From assembly GCA_965248195.1 (NCBI GenBank), contig CBDFIQ010000002.1, forward strand, positions 1,280,001 to 1,344,000: 64,000 nucleotides of DNA. Direction: 5' to 3'. The position numbers were made by a program, and so were the translations under genes. The notes beneath the pieces are model-generated. The model was not told the origin of the DNA, ran no database searches, and saw only the letters and a list, made by a program, of their open reading frames with translations. Below are positions 59,484-64,000 of this stretch, piece by piece. The DNA is from Longimicrobiales bacterium. Its GTDB lineage: Bacteria > Gemmatimonadota > Gemmatimonadetes > Longimicrobiales > Gaopeijiaceae. Position 1 is the first letter of the stretch; each line of letters opens with the position of its first letter.

Positions 59484-59701
59484 CATGGGCCCCTAGAGAC
59501 TCCTTTATGGATGTTATAGCCTCGCACGAGTGCTTGTGGGGTTGGATTTAATGGTCAGTGAACATTGTTTGGGTGATGATCGGCTGAGATCGTTGCATCT
59601 TCGCACAGGGCAGGCGCTGCGGGTAGAATGAAGGGGGCTGAAACCGGCTTCATCTCGGGTCCGTAAGGCCCGTTACACGTTGATCGCAAGGAGCCGATAC
59701 C

Positions 59702-59980
59702 ATGGACCTCCAAATGCTCATCCCGATCTTCGGGATCCTCCTCGTGATGATTCCTGTCGCCGGGCTGACGTTGACGCTGACTCTCCGCTTCGCTGTCAAA
59801 CCGTTCGTAGAAACGCTCGCACAGGCGCTTCGCGAGTCAGGAAGCCTAGGGGGTGGAAGCCATCCCCAGATCGAGGCCCTGTCCGAGCAGGTAGAGTCTC
59901 TGACGGCCGAGGTGCAGCGGTTGGGTGAGGCTCAACGGTTCGACCGGGAGCTACTCACCGAGCGCATGAGTCCCGATTGA
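59702..59980 (+). CDS. Small membrane protein with C-terminal coiled coil
   Basis: AAGGAG RBS, N-terminal TM segment, and a ..VQRLGEAQRFDRELL tail. Confidence 0.7.
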   Translation: MDLQMLIPIFGILLVMIPVAGLTLTLTLRFAVKPFVETLAQALRESGSLGGGSHPQIEALSEQVESLTAEVQRLGEAQRFDRELLTERMSPD

Positions 59981-60233
59981 GCGACCGTAGGGATGACGCC
60001 ATCCGCCGCAGAACCATGTGAGCACCTGTGGGTGGCGAAAGCTCTTGAGAGCCGGGCCAGCGCTTCGGCGCTCTTCGCGCTCTGGGGCTGCCACTCATGC
60101 TGCTCTAGACTCGCAGGTGAGCACCGCACAATGGCCTTCTAACCCACGAAATCGCTCCACCCTAGCCCAGATACCGAATAAATACCGAAAAAGAGTGCTG
60201 CGCATTACTCCTCGGCGGAGTAGCTGCGGTTTG

Positions 60234-61800
60234 CCCTCTCTGCCAACGTACGTGAGACACGGAGCACGCAAAGAATTAGAGTAGGGCGAAGGCAGAGAAA
60301 ACGAACATGTTGGGACTGCGAGAGAGAATGGAAGAGAATGGTAGTGCCCCTGGAATCGGGGAGGCCAAGCGAAGCGCGGCAGCTCCTGCGGACCCGGAGG
60401 TAGTAGATAGGCCGCTACGCCGGCGGTTCAGTCCATCGTACAAGCTGCGGATCGTCGAAGAAGCGGACCGGTGCACCGAGCCCGGCGAGGTGGGTCAGCT
60501 CCTGCGGCGCGAGGGCCTGTACTCGTCGCACCTGACGACGTGGCGCAAGGCGGCGCATAGCGGGTCGCTGAAGGCCCTGTCGAAGAAACGCGGCCGCAAG
60601 CCGGAGCGGAATCCGCTGGATGAGAAGGTACGCAAGCTGGAGCGGCAAAACGCACGGCTCGAGAATGAGCTCAGGAAGGCACACCTGATCATCGACGTGC
60701 AGGGAAAAGTTGCGGGGCTGCTGGGGATAAGCCTCGACGACGGGACGAACTCTTGAAGGCGGCCGATGAGCTGGCTAAGCACGTCGGTGTAAAACCGGCG
60801 TGCGCGGCTCTCGAGGTCTCCCGATCGACGTTCTACCGTCGTCGAGGCCCATCGACCGGGCAACGGCAGCCCCGCCCGACGCCCGCCCGGGCATTGAGCG
60901 AGACGGAACGAGGCGAGGTCTTCGACACGCTGTGTTCGGAGCGGTTCGTGGACCGCTCACCCGCCGAGGTGGTGGCCACGCTGCTCGACGAAGAGGTCTA
61001 CCTGTGCAGCGAACGCACGATGTATCGTGTTCTGGCCTCCGAGGTGCCGGTTCAGGAACGCCGGGCGCAGCGCACCCATCCCGAGTACAAGAAGCCCGAG
61101 TTGATGGCCACGGCGCCGAACCAGGTGTGGTCCTGGGATATCACGCGGCTACTCGGGCCGAAGAAGTGGAGCTATTACTACCTCTACGTCATCATGGACA
61201 TCTACAGCCGCTACGTCGTGGGCTGGATGGTGGCGGACCGGGAGAACTCGGCCCTGGCCGGCCGGTTGATCCAGCAGAGCTGCCTGAAGCATGGCGTCCA
61301 GCCCCGGGTCCTGACCCTGCACTCGGATCGGGGAGCTCCAATGACGAGCCAATGCACCGCTCAACTTCTCGCTGACCTCGGCGTGACTCGCTCGTTGAGC
61401 CGGCCTCAGGTGTCGGATGACAACCCGTTTTCCGAGGCTCAGTTCAAAACCTTGAAGTACCATCCCTCGTTTCCCGGGCGGTTCGGGGATCAGGGCCAGG
61501 CCAAGACGTTGTGTCGATCGTTCTTCCGCTGGTACAATGCCGAGCACCGCCATGGCGGTATCTCGATGCTAACCCCCGAGCAGGTCCACTTCGGGAACGC
61601 CGATCAGGTCATTGCCGGCAGGAAATCCGTGCTCCGCGAAGCATGGGCCGCTCATCCCGAACGCTTCGTCACAGGTGTGCCGAAGCCCAAACCGCTCCCG
61701 GAGGCCGTCTACATCAATCCTCCCATCCCTTCCCTCACCACACAGGATATTGCTCTCTAATTAATCCCGTAGAGTGTCCCATTGTCGTTGACAGGTTCCG
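60234..61800 (+). mobile_element. IS3-family element, copy 3 (inverted), no target duplication
   Basis: orfA 60307-60756 and orfB 60753-61760; flanks are TTG / CTC. Confidence 0.95.
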
Positions 61801-61916
61801 CTCGGGGGCTAACCCCCAGTCTCAGCCGAGCGGCCCGAGGCATCCCGTCCGTCTCTCGGCGCTGGATGATGTCACCACTCCGCGGGCGGTGCGATGGCTG
61901 GATGGGACGCTCCTGA

Positions 61917-63432
61917 CTAATTGAGCAGAATCAGCGGAATCCCAGCGAGGAAGATGAGGGTGGTGATCAGTACCGCCGCGAAGCCCAGAGAGCGGAAAGG
62001 CTGCTCATTGAGGTCGGTAAACCCTCTGAGCCAGCGAAGACCGACGTTGAAGCCACCGGCTACTCGGACTGCTGCCCCCGCCGCTAGGTAGAGCCAGAGC
62101 CAAACGGACGTGAGAAAAGTGGAGTAGAAGAAGATGCCAAGTGTGACGGGAGCGAGGGTCGAATCCAATGTGAGGAGGTCACGCATATGATCGATCCACC
62201 ACTCGAAATCACCCGAGAGAGAGTAAAGAACGTCACTGAAGCTTGGAGCGAAAATCCTCTGGACAAACATGAGCAGCACGTGGCCCGCCATAGCGATAAG
62301 AGCGGTTATCACGAGATCGACGACCACCAGGGCTGCGCTTCCCCGAGCTTCGAGCCGCCGAAGGACCCAGCGTGTCTGAAGCAGCGACAGATAGTCTGGT
62401 AGGACGTTCCAAGCCCCCCACATTGCGATGTACGGGAGCACCTCCCCAAGAGAAGCCGGTCCGTCCAAAAGATCCCAACCGACATAGCCATGGATCGACC
62501 AGTAGAGGCACAACAGGACGGCCACGCTCAGAAGGGAGGCGACGGCTGAGCGGCTGATGCACCGCCACGACCAGTGCTTCTCACCGAACAACTTGTCGAA
62601 CGCTACCGCGAAGAGGCTGGGCCAGCGAGCCGCAGTGGCCTCTGGATCAACCTTCCGCAGCCACGCCGAAGCCGATCGCCTCACTGTGGGCGAGACCGCT
62701 TCCTCAGCTCTGTCAAATAGGAACCAAATCCCGCCCGCGAACACCGCCCAAGTGCCCAGATAGGAGAGCACGCCAAAGCTCGTATCCCTGGACTGGGCCG
62801 AGGCGACGCTGGCGATCGCTAGAACCAGAATCCCGCCGACAAGAAGCACCGGCAGGAACGCTACCGTTCTGGCCCTGGTTCCGATTGGCTCTACCTTTGA
62901 TCCCCCGAATTGCTCTTTCTCAGGGACGGCCAGACCATGGCCCTGGACCGCGTGGAGTTGGATCGGTTCGGCTACGTTCTTGAAGTGGAATAGGCCTAAA
63001 GACGCTGTGTCGATATTGGGCTGATTGCGAATCTCGCCCAACACCTTCTCCGAGATCAGAACTCCACGCGGCGGGCTCAGGCTTTCGATCCGAGAGGCGA
63101 TGTTGACGGCGTCACCCGCTGCTCCGAACTCGTCGAGGTGTACATCACCTTGGTGGATCCCGATGCGGACAGGGACCTCTGGCCCCTCGCGGAAGGTCTG
63201 CTGAAGCTCAGTAGCTGCTTTGACCGCGTTCACGGAGCTTGGGAAGATGCTCAGGCCACCGTCGCCGAAAAGCTGGAGGACTTCTCCGCCAACTTCGGGG
63301 ACGATCCGTTCCAGAGCTTCCCGGTGCCGACGACGGGCGTTGCGGGCGACTTCCTCGTCCTCCTGCATCATGGCCGTGTAGCCCACCACATCGGTGAACA
63401 TCACCGCGACAAGGCGACGACCCTTGGAGCTA
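61917..63432 (-). CDS. Class III nucleotide cyclase fused to a multi-TM domain; 5' end disrupted by IS5
   Basis: RRLVAVMFTDVVGYT, FGDG, VRIGIHQGDV and GDAVNIASRIE, followed by about 8 TM helices. Confidence 0.8.
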
Positions 63433-64000
63433 GGGTCTGTTAACACTAAGGGCAATTTGTAGTATATTGGGGCTATGAAAATCACAGAGTCCCAATATCG
63501 TCGGATAGAGGCTTGCTTTCCGCATCAGCGCGGCAATGTGAGCATCTCCAATCTCGAAGTGCTTAACGCGATCCTGTATGTGGCCGAACACGGCTGCAAA
63601 TGGCGGGGGTTGCCTCCGCGTTTCGGTAACTGGCATACGATCTACACCCGAATGAATCGCTGGGCCAGGGCAGGTGTGCTGGATCGTGTCTTTGCGGCCC
63701 TGCAAGACGAGCAAATTATCCGGATCAAGATCCAAGCTCTGTCGATCGACAGTACCATCGTCAAGGTGCACCCTGATGGCACCGGCGCTCTAAAAAAAAA
63801 CGGCCCGCAGGCCATCGGCAAGTCGCGTGGAGGCTGGACCACCAAGATTCATATGGTTGCCGCAGATGCTCGAACCGCGATAACCTTCTCGCTATCGCCA
63901 GGCCACAAGCACGACGCGCCGGAAGGACGGGAACTGCTACGCACGTTGAAGCCGGTACATTCCACAGTGTCCATGATCATGGACCGGGCGTACGAGGGGG
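63433..64000 (+). mobile_element. IS5-family element (IS427-like group), partial; transposase from ATG 63475 runs off the window
   Basis: End GGGTCTGTTAACACT follows a CTA target-like site; translation MKITESQY...GCKWRGLP..FGNWHTIY...IDSTIVKVH...GKSRGGWTTKIH...MDRAYE. Confidence 0.92.

Noticed and set aside
57814..60233. Possible integron cassettes/attC sites around the small island ORFs
   Set aside because: Isolated TAAC/GTT strings are present, but I could not form convincing paired R/L boxes, and there is no IntI.
57917..61800. Composite transposon that moved as a unit (IS3 copies 2+3)
   Set aside because: The outer flanks (CAT / CTC) do not match and copy 2 has its own duplication.
61917..63432. 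Pycsar defence system call
   Set aside because: No separate effector gene, and the cyclase resembles ordinary class III signalling cyclases; kept only as a speculative note.

Overview
High-GC bacterial chromosomal window. The gene content and synteny (gltX-lexA-tadA, pyrR-pyrB-pyrC, rpsT, S2P-scpA-scpB-rluB, HEAT/HD-GYP pair) suggest Gemmatimonadota, but this is an inference. From left to right it contains: (1) the end of a surface-polysaccharide operon (flippase, four GT4s, O-antigen ligase/polymerase, HprK-like kinase); (2) YceI and DUF5777 genes preceded by a decayed cytochrome fragment; (3) a Ser/Thr kinase truncated by an IS256, followed by an island-end (att) relic made of the 3' half of a tRNA-Ser(UGA) whose T-loop carries a 160-bp structured insertion; (4) an accessory metabolic stretch with GntP plus an exported FAH-family lipoprotein, peptidases, a probable lanthanide-type PQQ dehydrogenase with a CxxxCH cytochrome, and a glyoxylate/2-hydroxyacid-type catabolic cluster with transporter relics; (5) a housekeeping block that includes a LexA lacking its self-cleavage residues; (6) a decayed island at tRNA-Ile2(CAT) with a split integrase, three apparently identical IS3 copies, a cyclase-membrane fusion and an IS5. 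Many relics and frameshifts point to genome erosion, though some single-base frameshifts could be sequencing errors. All assignments come from motif recognition by eye; no searches were run.
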